From positions 1,548-65,547 of the forward strand of contig JAPLVO010000009.1 in the NCBI GenBank assembly GCA_026397045.1: a stretch of 64,000 nucleotides of DNA, read 5' to 3'. The translations under genes were made by a program, and so were the position numbers. The DNA comes from Patescibacteria group bacterium (GTDB taxonomy: Bacteria > Patescibacteriota > Saccharimonadia > CAILAD01 > BJGX01). The notes under the pieces are model-generated. The model did not search any database, was not told where the DNA came from, and saw only the letters and a program-made list of their open reading frames with translations. Shown in pieces: positions 29,557 to 40,706 of the stretch. The first letter of the stretch is position 1; every line of letters begins with the position of its first letter.

Positions 29557-32500
29557 TCAAGCATTGCCCCCTTCCTTGCCCCTAAAGCCTGTTCCTACCG
29601 GGATTAACCGCCCGATAATAACATTCTCTTTTAGACCTCTTAAGTTATCGGACTTACCTCGCATCGCAGCTCCAATAAGAACCCTAGTGGTTTCTTGGAA
29701 TGAAGCGGCAGATAGCCAACTATCAGCCCCAGTCGAAATTTTAGTAATTGGCATTAGAAGTAGCTCATAAGTTGCAGGCTTCTTGCCCTTCTTGGACACC
29801 TTAAGGTTCTCTACCTTTAGGGATGTCTGGGAAACAACATCACCTGAAATGAAGCTTGTAGCATTTGGCTCCTCGATCATTACTCTGCTAAACATCTGGC
29901 GAATTATAACTTCGATATGCTTAGCAGCGATTGTCTGGCCCTGGCTAAGATAGATAGCCTGAACTTCATCGATGATGTATCGCTGGACTGCTTCTTCGCC
30001 ACGCAATTTAAGCATATCCTGAAGGTTTATCGGTCCTTCTGTTAACCTCTGCCCAACTTCTACGCGGCCGCCATTCTTGACTTCTAGGGCGACATATTCA
30101 CCAACAGTGTGCTCTCGAAGCCCAGCACCTAGATGCGTTAAAAGTATCTTGTCGTTATCGATCTTTACCTCGCCACTGCCGCCAGCCTTAATAGTACGCT
30201 TTCCGTCCTTACTCTCCGCAAGTACTTGGCTTCGCTCCACCATATCACCAGCTTTGACCTTGACAATCATTTCACCAAATTTATACTCAGTTACTTTTTG
30301 GTCGTCGGGTATGATTATGATGTTTTGCTTGTTGCCAGCTTTTCTAATTTGTATTGTTCCCTCGACATCTGCCAGTATAGCCTGCCCTTTGGGGCTTCTT
30401 ACTTCAAATATCTCTTCAACTCTAGGTAGACCCTGAGTGATGTCTTCGGTGGCGATACCTCCTGCGTGCATAGTTCGCATAGTAAGCTGGGTGCCGGGCT
30501 CTCCGATACTTTGAGCAGCTATAATACCAACTGCCTCGCCGTGCCTTATAGGCTTTCCAGAGCCTAAATCTAGGCCGTAGCACTGAGCACAGACACCCCA
30601 CAAGCTCTTGCACTTAAGAACTGATCTGATCTTAACAGTATCGATCCCAAGATCGTTAATCTTTTTGGCTACATCCGGCAGGATTAGATCGCCCTTTTTA
30701 ATTAGTGTTTTGCCTGTTGCTGGGTCGACAATCTTTTCATGGATATTTCTTCCCGCTAACCATGCTCCAATGCCCTCTTCACCAGCTGCTTCAGCCTCAG
30801 CCCTGGTGATTAGATAGCCTTCCTTATCTCCACAATCATCTTCAGATATTACAATATCTTGGCTTACATCTACTAGGCGTCGGGTTAGGTAGCCAGATTC
30901 AGCAGTCCTAAGGGCTGTGTCGGTAAGGCCCTTGCGAGCTCCATGAGTGCTAATAAAGTACTCAAGCACAGACAAACCATCTTTGTAGTTAGATCTAATT
31001 GGCAGCTCGATAGTTCGTCCAGACGGGTTGAGCATCAAACCAAGCATTCCGGCCATTTGATTAACCTGCGCCATTGTTGTGCGTGCCCCAGATTCCATGT
31101 CTAGCGTAAGGGTGGATTCACTGCTTGTAAGAGTATCTACTAAGGATTTCTCTACCGCGACTCCTACTTCCTTCCAGGCAATGATTGTTTTCTGATAGCG
31201 CTCTTCATCTGTAATTAGACCTTGGTTGTACTGGCTAGCGTAACCAACTACCTTGGCCTCTCCTTCGCTGATAATACCAGCTCGGTCCTCTGGTACGACA
31301 AGATCATCCATCCCGATAGAAATTCCTGATAATGTGGCGTACTTAAAGCCTAGATCCTTCACATCGTCAGATAAATCTGCCGTGGCGTTTACTCCGAAGA
31401 CATCAAATACCTCGGCCATTACTTTTTTAAGCTTAGATTTGGTCATTGGGTCGTTCTGGTAGCTCATACCCTCAGGGAGTACCTCATTAAATAGCAGCCT
31501 ACCAGCCGTAGTATCAATGATTTGATACTCATCCTTATTTATTTCATGCGCTATCCTTACTTTAATATTAGCTCGTAAATCTACGATACCCTCTTGATGT
31601 GCTAGGACGGCTGCGTCGGAGTTTTCAAAAATCTTGCCTTCGCCCTTAGAACCAGCCTTAGAAGAAGTCATAAAGTAACAGCCCAGCACGATGTCTTTGC
31701 TTGGATTGACTACTGGCTCACCAGAAGATGGCTTGAGTAGATTATGGCGCGAGAGCATGATATCTCGTGCTTCAGCCTGGGCTGCATCACCTAGAGGAAC
31801 ATGAACTGCCATTTGATCTCCATCGAAATCAGCATTAAAGGCCGCACACACCATTGGGTGGAGCTGGATAGCCTTACCTTCGATTAAAGTTGGCTTAAAA
31901 GCCTGGATGCCTAATCTGTGAAGAGTGGGTGCTCGATTAAGAAGCACATACTTACCGGCGATTACATCGTCGAGTGTGTCCCATACTTCAGTGCGTGCTC
32001 TTTCAATCATTCTCGATGCGCTCTTAACATTATGTGCATAGCCTCGATCGATTAACTGGCCTATCACAAAAGGCTTGAATAGTTCTAGGGCCATCATCTT
32101 GGGGATACCGCATTGATCTAGCTTTAAGTGGGGCCCGATTACAATTACGGATCGGCCAGAATAGTCCACTCGTTTGCCAAGAAGGTTTTGACGGAATCTT
32201 CCCTGTTTTCCCTTAAGTAAATCAGTTAGGCTTTTGAGTTTTTTGCGACTGCCGGCTGCCGATACTGCTCTATCTCGCCTAGCATTGTTGTCTATTAGGG
32301 CATCGACTGCCTCCTGAAGCATACGCTTCTCATTGCGGCAAATTACTTCTGGAGCTTGTAGCCTATAGAGCTTCTTGAGTCGATTATTTCGATTTATGAC
32401 TCTTCGATAAAGATCATTAAGATCTGATGCGGCAAATCGGCCACCATCAAGCTGTACCATAGGTCTAAGGTCTGGGGGGATAACTGGCAGCTGACTTGTT

Positions 32501-33369
32501 ATCAGCCACTCTGGCCGAAGTTGAGCCTGCATCATGCCTTCGACTAGCTTAAGTCGTTTTAGGGCTTTTTTCTTCTTTTGACCAATTGTGTTTTCAGATT
32601 CGTCTTTGAGGCTCTTTGTGAGTTTCTTTAGATCTACTTCAGCCAGTAACTGCTGAACTGCCTCTGCACCAATACCAGCCTTAAAGACATGCCCAAATTT
32701 TTGATTTAATTCTCTGTAACGGCCTTCTGGCAATAGTTCGCTCTTGGCTAGATTGGTAAGGTCAGATTTAGCGGTGGTATAAGAGTTGTCTAGCTCGGCA
32801 AGCTCATTGATAACTTCGTCGCTGAGAACTTCCTTATCGGGGTTCTTTATCTCATATTTCGTTAAAATAGCCTTGCGTCTACTCTTGAAATCTACATCCA
32901 GCTCCTTAAGGGACTCAGACTTGGCCTTTTCATCCACATCGGTTACTACAAAGTTAGCGAAATAAACAACCCTCTCTAGGTCTCTAACCCCAATATTTAG
33001 AATTAAGCTAATCGGGCTTGGAGTCCCCCTCAAGAACCAAATATGCGTGACGGGTACGGCTAAAGTGATATGCCCCATGCGCTCTCGTCTCACAATACTT
33101 CTTGTTACCAATACACCGCACTTGTCGCAGGCAATGCCTTTGTAGCGAATGCCTTTGTACTTACCGCAGTAACATTGCCAGTCTTTTGTTGGTCCAAAAA
33201 TCTTTTCGCAGAATAAGCCATCTTTCTCTGGTTTTTGAGTCCTGTAGTTAATGGTTTCTGGCTTAGTTACTTCTCCGTGAGACCAATCTAGGATTGTCTC
33301 TGGCGATGCAACTGAAAGTCGGATTCCATCAAAATCCAAAATCATTTGTTCGTTTGCGCTAATATTCAT
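29557..33369 (-). CDS. rpoC: DNA-directed RNA polymerase beta' subunit
   Basis: NADFDGDQMAVH catalytic motif and a Zn-finger cysteine pattern. Confidence 0.97.
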   Translation of the reverse strand: MNISANEQMILDFDGIRLSVASPETILDWSHGEVTKPETINYRTQKPEKDGLFCEKIFGPTKDWQCYCGKYKGIRYKGIACDKCGVLVTRSIVRRERMGHITLAVPVTHIWFLRGTPSPISLILNIGVRDLERVVYFANFVVTDVDEKAKSESLKELDVDFKSRRKAILTKYEIKNPDKEVLSDEVINELAELDNSYTTAKSDLTNLAKSELLPEGRYRELNQKFGHVFKAGIGAEAVQQLLAEVDLKKLTKSLKDESENTIGQKKKKALKRLKLVEGMMQAQLRPEWLITSQLPVIPPDLRPMVQLDGGRFAASDLNDLYRRVINRNNRLKKLYRLQAPEVICRNEKRMLQEAVDALIDNNARRDRAVSAAGSRKKLKSLTDLLKGKQGRFRQNLLGKRVDYSGRSVIVIGPHLKLDQCGIPKMMALELFKPFVIGQLIDRGYAHNVKSASRMIERARTEVWDTLDDVIAGKYVLLNRAPTLHRLGIQAFKPTLIEGKAIQLHPMVCAAFNADFDGDQMAVHVPLGDAAQAEARDIMLSRHNLLKPSSGEPVVNPSKDIVLGCYFMTSSKAGSKGEGKIFENSDAAVLAHQEGIVDLRANIKVRIAHEINKDEYQIIDTTAGRLLFNEVLPEGMSYQNDPMTKSKLKKVMAEVFDVFGVNATADLSDDVKDLGFKYATLSGISIGMDDLVVPEDRAGIISEGEAKVVGYASQYNQGLITDEERYQKTIIAWKEVGVAVEKSLVDTLTSSESTLTLDMESGARTTMAQVNQMAGMLGLMLNPSGRTIELPIRSNYKDGLSVLEYFISTHGARKGLTDTALRTAESGYLTRRLVDVSQDIVISEDDCGDKEGYLITRAEAEAAGEEGIGAWLAGRNIHEKIVDPATGKTLIKKGDLILPDVAKKINDLGIDTVKIRSVLKCKSLWGVCAQCYGLDLGSGKPIRHGEAVGIIAAQSIGEPGTQLTMRTMHAGGIATEDITQGLPRVEEIFEVRSPKGQAILADVEGTIQIRKAGNKQNIIIIPDDQKVTEYKFGEMIVKVKAGDMVERSQVLAESKDGKRTIKAGGSGEVKIDNDKILLTHLGAGLREHTVGEYVALEVKNGGRVEVGQRLTEGPINLQDMLKLRGEEAVQRYIIDEVQAIYLSQGQTIAAKHIEVIIRQMFSRVMIEEPNATSFISGDVVSQTSLKVENLKVSKKGKKPATYELLLMPITKISTGADSWLSAASFQETTRVLIGAAMRGKSDNLRGLKENVIIGRLIPVGTGFRGKEGGNA

Positions 33370-33373
33370 TGGT

Positions 33374-36300
33374 CTAGCCTTCCTTCTCGGTTAATTTGGT
33401 ATCATTATCAGCTAGGGCTTCAAAATCATCCTCGGATCCATCAGAGGCGAGGTTCACTATCGCTTCGCCCTCGGCGGCTTTATCGCCCTCCATGAGTACG
33501 GTTGAGCCAAGCTCATCAGCTTCAATTTCAAGGCCTTTCTCTAGTAGCTCTTCGGCTGGCATAACCTGTGATGTCTTGGGTTTCTCTAGTTCAACATCTA
33601 ATCCCAAGCTCTGCAGCTCCTTAACTAACACATTGAATGATTCAGGTATTCTTGGCCCCTTTATCTCATCATTCTTAATTATTGATTCATAGGCTTTACT
33701 TCTGCCAATTACATCATCAGATTTTATAGTAAGTATTTCCTGGAGTGTATTGGCTGCGCCGTATGCTTCAAGAGCCCAAACTTCCATCTCTCCGAATCTC
33801 TGTCCACCCATTTGAGCTTTACCGCCAAGTGGTTGCTGGGTAACCATAGCGTATGGCCCAGTTGATCTTGCATGGATCTTATCATCAACCATATGCTGAA
33901 GTTTCAGCATATACTTATAGCCAATTGTAGTGGTTTCTGCGAATGGCTCACCGGTATAGCCATGGAATAGCTGAGCTTTGCCATCTTCAGGTAGGCCTGC
34001 CTTCTTAAGCTCTGCTTTGATTTGGTCTACCTTAACTCCGTCAAACACAGGGGAGGCAACTCGGTAGCCTAGTGCCTGAGCCGCCCATCCTAGGTGAGTT
34101 TCTAGTATCTGGCCAATATTCATACGAGCACCTACACCTAGTGGGTTTAGAATAATGTCTACTGGTGTGCCATCGTCTAGATAGGGCATGTCTTCAATAG
34201 GTAATATCTTACTAATTACGCCCTTATTACCGTGCCGTCCAGCCATCTTATCGCCAACTGATATTTTTCTAAGCTGTGCAACAGCTACATATATTTGGCT
34301 AATTACACCAGCTGGGAGGTCATCCCCGGCCTCTCTACTAAGTATCTTCACCTCGACTACTTTTCCTGCAGTACCATTTGGCAACCTCAAGCTAGTGTCC
34401 TTTACATCTCTAGCTTTTTCGCCAAATATGGCCCTAAGAAGCCGCTCTTCACTGGATAAATCGGTCTCCCCCTTAGGTGTTATCTTACCTACTAGGATAT
34501 CGCCGGCCTCTACTTCAGCTCCTATTCGTACCACACCTTCATCGTCAAGGTCCTTAAGGCTGTCTTCAGATACATTTGGGATATCCCTAGTTATAACTTC
34601 GGCACCTAGCTTCGTGTCTCGGACATCTACTTGGTGGGTTTCAATATGTATTGAAGTATACCTATCATCTTGAACGAGTCTTTGGGAGACTATAATGGCA
34701 TCTTCGTAGTTTAAGCCTTCAAATGGCATAAATGCCACCAATACATTCTGCCCTAGAGCTAACTCACCTTCTTTAGTACTCATTCCATCTGCTAGGATAT
34801 CGTCTCTCTTGACCATCTGGCCTGAGGAAACCACAGTGCGCTGATGCATTGACGACCCTTGGTTAGATCGAACGAAATTGATCAGCTTGTAAGATTTCCT
34901 GCCTGCTTTCTTGTACTTGACGACTATTTCTTTGGCATCAGCTGAAAGTACTTCGCCATCTTCTTGGGCTAAAATTACTTGCCCAGAGTCCTCTGCAACC
35001 CTTCCCTCTACACCAGTTCCGACAATCGGGGCTTCTGGCTTAATAAGAGCTACTGCTTGGCGCTGCATGTTCGCACCCATTAGAGTTCTTTTGGCATTAT
35101 CGTGCTCGAGGAATGGGATTAAGGCAGCTGATACCCCAACTACTTGGTTAGAGCTGATATCCATGTAATCGACATTATTGGCATCTTCTTCATCGGCCTC
35201 ACCACCAACACCCCTTACTGGTACGCGGGGCTGGACAAAGTAGCCCTTATCGTCGGTTGGCGTCTGCGCCTGGGCTATCACAGCCTTCTCTTCATCAGTA
35301 GCATCAAGGTATACGATTTCAGATGTAGCGCGTGCTTTTATTCTGACGGCACTTGTGCCGGATTTTTCTATTGCCTTAGCCAGAGTAGCAGTTATTTTAT
35401 CGCCTGCCTTAACAATCACCTTGCCACCCTCAGAAATAGTCCTGGAGGAAAATTCTCCTACTGAATCCTTAACGGCAACTTCATTTATAACTTTGAAGTA
35501 TGGAGTCTCGATGAATCCATACTCGTTTACTTGGGCGTATGTGGCCAAAGTGCTTACCAGCCCAATATTTGGCCCTTCTGGGGTTTCGATAGGACAAATT
35601 CGTCCGTAGTGAGTTCTGTGTACATCACGAACTTCGAATCCAGCACGCTCACGACTCAATCCACCAGGGCCCATTGCGTTTAGTCGTCGCTTGTGGACGA
35701 TCTCGGCTAATGGGTTGATCTGATCCATGAACTGACTCAATTGGTGACTAGCAAAGAACTCTTTAACGCTAGCCACAATCGGGCGCACATTGATTAACTG
35801 TCCAGGGATAATAGTCTCTGGATCGGCAATACTCATTCGATCTTTTACTATTCTCTCCATTCGCAGCAGGCCGACTCGGAAACGACCCTGAATTAGTTCC
35901 CCTACCATCTTTAGTCGGCGATTCCCTAGGTGGTCGATATCTTCTGAAGGCATATTACTATTGCTAAGCTTGATTATCTCGGTGATAATCCCGATAAGGT
36001 CTTCTTTTCTAAGTACTCTTCCGTCAGGGTTATTCTTAACATTAACGCCGAATCTTTTATTGAGCTTGTAGCGCCCTACTTTGCTAAGATCGTAGCGCTT
36101 AAAATCAAAAAACATACTATCCAGTAAAGCCTTGGAATTTTCAACTGTTGCTAGATCGCCAGGCCTAATCCTACGATATACCTCCATAAGTGCCTCTGCT
36201 GTAGTGCTAGTTGGGTCCTTGGAAAGTGTCTCTTCGATCAGCTTTACTTCCCCGCTATCAGCATCCTTAAATATCTCCTTAATCTCGGTATCTGTGCCAA

Positions 36301-36901
36301 ACCCAAATGCTCTAAGAAGTGTAGTAACTGGAAGCTTACGCTTTCGGTCTATCTTGACACTCATAACACCATTTTGAGCAGTTTCTATTTCTAGCCATGC
36401 GCCACGATATGGGATAATTTTGGCCGAAAAATAATCAGCAGTGCCATCGCGCGTGAAGAATACACCTGGGCTGCGTAGCAACTGGCTCACGACAACTCGC
36501 TCTACGCCATTGATGATGAAGGTGCCACGAGCAGTCATAATTGGGTAGTCGCCTAAGAAAATCTCTTGGATTTTTACTTCACCTGTTTCCTTGATTATCA
36601 ATTCTATAGTTGCTTTAAGTGATGCCTCATAGCTGAGGTTCTTCTCTTTAGCGAGCTCTTCGGTAACTTTGGCTTGGTCGAACTTATAACTTTTAAAGTT
36701 TAGCTCATACTTTTTGCCAGTAAAGTCCTCTATTGGCGAGATTTCTTCAAACAGTTCTTTAAGGCCTTCTTCAAAGAACCAATTGTAGGAATCCAGCTGA
36801 ATCTTTATAAGATCAGGTAGTTTTAGTGGTGTGGTCTGACTGTTAAGGTAAATTCTAGCACTGGCTGACTTTGCCATATATTGTAGTGTCTCCTCTTGCA
36901 T
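33374..36901 (-). CDS. rpoB: DNA-directed RNA polymerase beta subunit
   Basis: Conserved beta-subunit blocks ([26 protein letters not shown]). Confidence 0.97.
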   Translation of the reverse strand: MQEETLQYMAKSASARIYLNSQTTPLKLPDLIKIQLDSYNWFFEEGLKELFEEISPIEDFTGKKYELNFKSYKFDQAKVTEELAKEKNLSYEASLKATIELIIKETGEVKIQEIFLGDYPIMTARGTFIINGVERVVVSQLLRSPGVFFTRDGTADYFSAKIIPYRGAWLEIETAQNGVMSVKIDRKRKLPVTTLLRAFGFGTDTEIKEIFKDADSGEVKLIEETLSKDPTSTTAEALMEVYRRIRPGDLATVENSKALLDSMFFDFKRYDLSKVGRYKLNKRFGVNVKNNPDGRVLRKEDLIGIITEIIKLSNSNMPSEDIDHLGNRRLKMVGELIQGRFRVGLLRMERIVKDRMSIADPETIIPGQLINVRPIVASVKEFFASHQLSQFMDQINPLAEIVHKRRLNAMGPGGLSRERAGFEVRDVHRTHYGRICPIETPEGPNIGLVSTLATYAQVNEYGFIETPYFKVINEVAVKDSVGEFSSRTISEGGKVIVKAGDKITATLAKAIEKSGTSAVRIKARATSEIVYLDATDEEKAVIAQAQTPTDDKGYFVQPRVPVRGVGGEADEEDANNVDYMDISSNQVVGVSAALIPFLEHDNAKRTLMGANMQRQAVALIKPEAPIVGTGVEGRVAEDSGQVILAQEDGEVLSADAKEIVVKYKKAGRKSYKLINFVRSNQGSSMHQRTVVSSGQMVKRDDILADGMSTKEGELALGQNVLVAFMPFEGLNYEDAIIVSQRLVQDDRYTSIHIETHQVDVRDTKLGAEVITRDIPNVSEDSLKDLDDEGVVRIGAEVEAGDILVGKITPKGETDLSSEERLLRAIFGEKARDVKDTSLRLPNGTAGKVVEVKILSREAGDDLPAGVISQIYVAVAQLRKISVGDKMAGRHGNKGVISKILPIEDMPYLDDGTPVDIILNPLGVGARMNIGQILETHLGWAAQALGYRVASPVFDGVKVDQIKAELKKAGLPEDGKAQLFHGYTGEPFAETTTIGYKYMLKLQHMVDDKIHARSTGPYAMVTQQPLGGKAQMGGQRFGEMEVWALEAYGAANTLQEILTIKSDDVIGRSKAYESIIKNDEIKGPRIPESFNVLVKELQSLGLDVELEKPKTSQVMPAEELLEKGLEIEADELGSTVLMEGDKAAEGEAIVNLASDGSEDDFEALADNDTKLTEKEG

Positions 36902-37020
36902 TACTTAATTTGTTAATAAGATGAAGAAGAGGTTTTTCTAAACAGATAAAAAACCGATATATTCCGAATCCCACCGAAATTTACCCGTTATAAAAGTTTA
37001 AGCGTCCTCTATAAAGATAA

Positions 37021-37049
37021 ATACTAGACTAATATTGGATGCTAGTCAA
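37021..37049 (-). promoter_or_regulatory. Candidate promoter TTGACT-17-TAGTAT upstream of rpoB, with an about 120-nt leader
   Basis: Minus strand TTGACT (37049-37044), 17-nt spacer, TAGTAT (37026-37021), downstream of the clpP stop. Confidence 0.45.
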
Positions 37050-37067
37050 TAGTTTTAAGGTGTTAAA

Positions 37068-37658
37068 TTACTTCTTTTCGACGACCTTATCGACTATGCC
37101 GTAGCTTTTGGCTTCGTTGGCATCCATCCAGAAATCACGATCGCTGTCGTTGGTTATTTTAGACACTTTCTGGCCTGTTTTTTCAGATAGAATTATATTT
37201 AGCTTTTCGCGGATTTTAATGATCTCTTTGGCTGTTATTTCGATATCCGAAGCAGTACCCTGGAAACCACCCGAGGGCTGATGGATCATTATTCTAGAGT
37301 TGGGCAGCGAAAACCTCTTGCCTTTTTGCCCGCAAGCCATCAGAAATGCCCCCATACTTGCGGCCATACCAACACAAATTGTACTAACATCCGGATTTAT
37401 CAATTCCATGGTATCAAATATTGCCATTCCAGCAGTAACACTCCCTCCGGGCGAATTAATATACAATTTGATATCTGCATGCTTATCCTCGCTCTCAAGA
37501 AACAAAAGCTGAGCGATGACTAAGTTAGCTACAGTGTCATCTACCTCTGTTCCCAGGAATATTATCCTCTCTTTTAGCAAGCGAGAATATATATCATAGG
37601 CGCGCTCGCCCATACTGGTCTTCTCTATGACTGTGGGGATTAGTATCTGTCCGTTCAT
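37068..37658 (-). CDS. clpP: ATP-dependent Clp protease proteolytic subunit
   Basis: Catalytic triad context ([13 protein letters not shown]...D). Confidence 0.95.
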   Translation of the reverse strand: MNGQILIPTVIEKTSMGERAYDIYSRLLKERIIFLGTEVDDTVANLVIAQLLFLESEDKHADIKLYINSPGGSVTAGMAIFDTMELINPDVSTICVGMAASMGAFLMACGQKGKRFSLPNSRIMIHQPSGGFQGTASDIEITAKEIIKIREKLNIILSEKTGQKVSKITNDSDRDFWMDANEAKSYGIVDKVVEKK

Positions 37659-37677
37659 ATAGCTATTTTAGCACGAA

Positions 37678-38955
37678 TTAGCTACTTGCGAACTCTACGA
37701 GCTTAGCAATCGCCTTTTGGGTAAGTAGGTGATTGCGCAAATCATCCTGAAAATGACCGTGAGTGAGTTCTTCTTGAATTTTAGGGTCGCTTTTGTACTG
37801 TTCGGTCATTTTTGAAAGCTCTTGTTCTAGTTCAATCTGGCTAACCTTGATGCCATAGGTACCTATAACATCTCTCAATAAAAGCGCTGCCGTGACTCGC
37901 TTAGTGGCTTCGTCTGTAACCTCTTTTTTAAGATCATCCTCGGTTCGCTTTTGCATTTCAGCGTATTTTTTACGATTTAATCCAGAATTATGGAGGTTTT
38001 TATCCATCTCGCTCTCTAGTTGCTCTGCTTGCTGGGCAATTAGTTGCTCTGGAGCCTCAAATTTAGCCTTGGTCAGAAGTGCGTCGAGGATAGCGTTTTC
38101 ATAATCTTTATCTGCCTGTTCCTGATATTGCTCTTGCAGAACTTTTTCGATGTCTAGCCTAAGAGCTTTAACATCAGTCTTGTTGCCCACTAGCTTGGCA
38201 AATTCGTCATCTAGCTTTGGCAGCTCAACAGACTGAATGCTGTTAATTTTGATACTAAACTCTACCTTAGCCCCCTTCAAATCCTCAGAATGATAGTCTT
38301 TCGGGAAGGTTATCTCGAAAGTCTTCTCTTCATCCTCTTTTAATCCTATTAGGTTTTCTTCAAAGCCTGGTATAAAAGTGCCTTGGCCCAAAATCAGAGT
38401 GTGGTTTTTGGCAGCTGCACCTTCGACTGGCTTACCCTTTCTTACCCCTTCAAAGTCAAATTTAACTTCATCTCCATTTTGAGCTGGTTTACCAGTGGCA
38501 ACTCTTTTAGCCATCTGCTGGCGCAGGTTTTCAATGGCCTCATCGACTTTTGCTTTATCAACTTTGAGTGCTGGCTTTTTAACTCTTAGCTTGGAGTAGT
38601 CATATTCAATTTTAGGCATTATAGGAAATTCAGCAGAGAACTCAAGTTCGCTATAAGGAACGAACTTCTTCAGATCAATACTTGGAGATCCAAGGCTCTC
38701 TATCTTTTTCTCACGCATTTGATTCTTGTAGGCGTTATCTATTACTTCTTCAAGCACTTCGGCTTGGACTCGTGCTTCACCGAGTTCACGAATTACGATG
38801 TTATCGGGTGCATGGCCAGGCCTAAAACCGTCGACCTTAAGGTCTTTTTTGAGGCGCTTTAATACTACCTGCTTATAAGGGTCAATGAATTGCCCATCGA
38901 CCGTAATGGTCAATGTCATTGTGCTGCCGGACTTTTTATGTGTAGATTTGATCAT
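37678..38955 (-). CDS. tig: Trigger factor. The start may be the internal MTLTITVDGQ, 12 codons downstream.
   Basis: N-terminal ribosome-binding domain (GFRPGHAP), central PPIase-like region and C-terminal domain. Confidence 0.85.
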   Translation of the reverse strand: MIKSTHKKSGSTMTLTITVDGQFIDPYKQVVLKRLKKDLKVDGFRPGHAPDNIVIRELGEARVQAEVLEEVIDNAYKNQMREKKIESLGSPSIDLKKFVPYSELEFSAEFPIMPKIEYDYSKLRVKKPALKVDKAKVDEAIENLRQQMAKRVATGKPAQNGDEVKFDFEGVRKGKPVEGAAAKNHTLILGQGTFIPGFEENLIGLKEDEEKTFEITFPKDYHSEDLKGAKVEFSIKINSIQSVELPKLDDEFAKLVGNKTDVKALRLDIEKVLQEQYQEQADKDYENAILDALLTKAKFEAPEQLIAQQAEQLESEMDKNLHNSGLNRKKYAEMQKRTEDDLKKEVTDEATKRVTAALLLRDVIGTYGIKVSQIELEQELSKMTEQYKSDPKIQEELTHGHFQDDLRNHLLTQKAIAKLVEFASS

Positions 38956-39027
38956 AACGCTGACAAGTATATCAGATTGAAATAATATTTTCTAGTACCA
39001 AAATAGTATGGTTTTTTACTGATGTAG

Positions 39028-39057
39028 GTTTGGTTTACTCTACCGCAGAAGACTAGA
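39028..39057. repeat. Copy 1 of an about 30-bp imperfect direct repeat (element B), downstream of the cupin gene
   Basis: GTTTGGTTTACTCTACCGCAGAAGACTAGA versus GTTTGGTCTAATCTACCGCACGAGACTAGA at 40674-40703 (26 of 30 identical). Confidence 0.6.
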
Positions 39058-39067
39058 AAGGGTAATA

Positions 39068-39460
39068 CTAATCTACCCTGATGTGGTCTTCTTTTGTCCA
39101 TCCCGGTACAGAATATAGTTCTACTAGCGATTTTCCATCACTGGTTGCCCAATGAGTTTTTCCTGGTGTAACCACAAACTTATCACCTTGTTTTAGTTGT
39201 ATTGCTTCATCTTCTACATGAAGCACCATGCTTCCTGTTATTACAGTGTATCGCTGGGTCATTTTTAAATGTTTATGAGGCTTGCTTTTAATAATTATTT
39301 CTATGGCAGTATCGTATTCGGGATGCTCGCTAACAGGCTCTACTTCACATACAAAATGCAAACCTCGACCATCCAAGTCGTAACTGTCTTTTGTGGGATA
39401 TTTTTCTTGGAGTAGAGCCAGGATACGCTTTGTACGTTCATTAATAGTTTCATTATTCAT
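39068..39460 (-). CDS. Cupin-domain protein (130 aa)
   Basis: Small beta-barrel cupin pattern (G.HFV..., H...E.....G). Confidence 0.6.
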   Translation of the reverse strand: MNNETINERTKRILALLQEKYPTKDSYDLDGRGLHFVCEVEPVSEHPEYDTAIEIIIKSKPHKHLKMTQRYTVITGSMVLHVEDEAIQLKQGDKFVVTPGKTHWATSDGKSLVELYSVPGWTKEDHIRVD

Positions 39461-39462
39461 AC

Positions 39463-39548
39463 TTACATCATATCAGACAAATAAAAAATGACCCCAGTAA
39501 TGAGGTCATAATTCATAGGCTTGGTAGTCCAAGCACATTTGAATTGGA
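39463..39548. repeat. Copy 1 of an 86-bp direct repeat (element A) immediately upstream of the cupin start; contains the palindrome TGACC-N10-GGTCA
   Basis: 83 of 86 identical to 40536-40621; inverted repeat TGACCCCAGTAATGAGGTCA at 39488-39507. Confidence 0.85.
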
Positions 39549-39638
39549 ATGTACTGCTTGTGGAGCTGTCTCGGTGGCTGCACTTCAATAGGTGCGGGCT
39601 AGTAATTACTTAGACATGCGGGTTATTACAGAAAATTA

Positions 39639-40532
39639 CTATAATGTGCCTTTTTTTGAGTTGTAATCTCTAATGTATGGAATCGCTGATGCAATAATTA
39701 TTGCTGATGCACCCAGCATTATTGTTGTGCTAAGTTTTTCGTTAAAGAGTATAATTCCAAAAACTAGTCCGAATACTATTTCTAACAATCCCAAAATGCC
39801 TGCCGCGCCAGCATCAATAAGTTTCATCCCACTAACAAGTGACCATGAAGCAATTACTGATGCTATCGCAAATAATACTAGATAAACCCACTCAATATGG
39901 AGTCCTATCTTCGGTATAGACTCTTTTAGTAAAAATGCCATGATGAAATTCGCAAAAATAGATGTAATCCATAAAATCAACGTAGACTGCGTAGCATTAT
40001 ATTTCTGTTTTTTAGCACAAATCATTGTAAGAGCCACAGAAACACCACTAATAATCGCAAAACCTAGTGCTAATCTGTTAAATCCTGTTGATTTTGGAGA
40101 AAAGATTAACATTAATCCTAAAAATCCTAATAAAGCTGCTATTGCTTTATCTTTTGTAAAACGTTCATTTGAAAATAACCAACCAAAGAAGAATAGGCCA
40201 ATAACCATACAGGCATAGCTCACCGTAAGACTGATTCCGACACCTGCTTGTTGGATAGCGTAATAGAGAGGTCCCCATGTGAATAATGATCCTATAAACA
40301 TTCCTGTTATTGATTTCCAGTTTTGATTAATCTTTAATGGTTCAAGACGATTTCTAAAAATAGCTATAGGTAGCAAAGTTAGAACAACCAATATACTACG
40401 AAGTGCAGACGCCGTATAACCATCAAAAAAGCTACCCATAAGTTTTGTCCATATCCCATAGCTGGCATAAAAAACTGAGGAAAGTACTACTAAGCTTGCA
40501 CCCACGGGTGCTTTAGATTTGTTTTTCACCAT
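39639..40532 (-). CDS. EamA/DMT-family transporter (10 TM)
   Basis: Two EamA-like halves with hydrophobic helices; typical length. Confidence 0.7.
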   Translation of the reverse strand: MVKNKSKAPVGASLVVLSSVFYASYGIWTKLMGSFFDGYTASALRSILVVLTLLPIAIFRNRLEPLKINQNWKSITGMFIGSLFTWGPLYYAIQQAGVGISLTVSYACMVIGLFFFGWLFSNERFTKDKAIAALLGFLGLMLIFSPKSTGFNRLALGFAIISGVSVALTMICAKKQKYNATQSTLILWITSIFANFIMAFLLKESIPKIGLHIEWVYLVLFAIASVIASWSLVSGMKLIDAGAAGILGLLEIVFGLVFGIILFNEKLSTTIMLGASAIIIASAIPYIRDYNSKKGTL

Positions 40533-40535
40533 AAA

Positions 40536-40621
40536 TACATCATATCAGACAAATAAAAAATGACCCCAGTAATGAGGTCATAATTCATAGGCTTGGTAGC
40601 CCAAGTACATTCGAATTGGAA
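40536..40621. repeat. Copy 2 of the 86-bp element A, immediately upstream of the EamA start
   Basis: Same sequence as 39463-39548, including the TGACC-N10-GGTCA palindrome at 40561-40580. Confidence 0.85.
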
Positions 40622-40673
40622 GCTTAAACTGCCAGAGCTTTCTAGGTGTACGCAGCTTAGCAGGAATGTATCA

Positions 40674-40703
40674 AGTTTGGTCTAATCTACCGCACGAGAC
40701 TAG
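40674..40703. repeat. Copy 2 of element B (about 30 bp), just downstream of the aldo/keto reductase stop
   Basis: See copy 1. Confidence 0.6.
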
Positions 40704-40706
40704 AGC

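Noticed and set aside
34188-34673. 161-aa ORF on the plus strand (and similar 80-120-aa ORFs) inside rpoB and rpoC
   Set aside because: It is entirely antisense to a highly conserved gene. The S/P/T/L-rich low-complexity translation is typical of a spurious antisense frame, and there is no start context.
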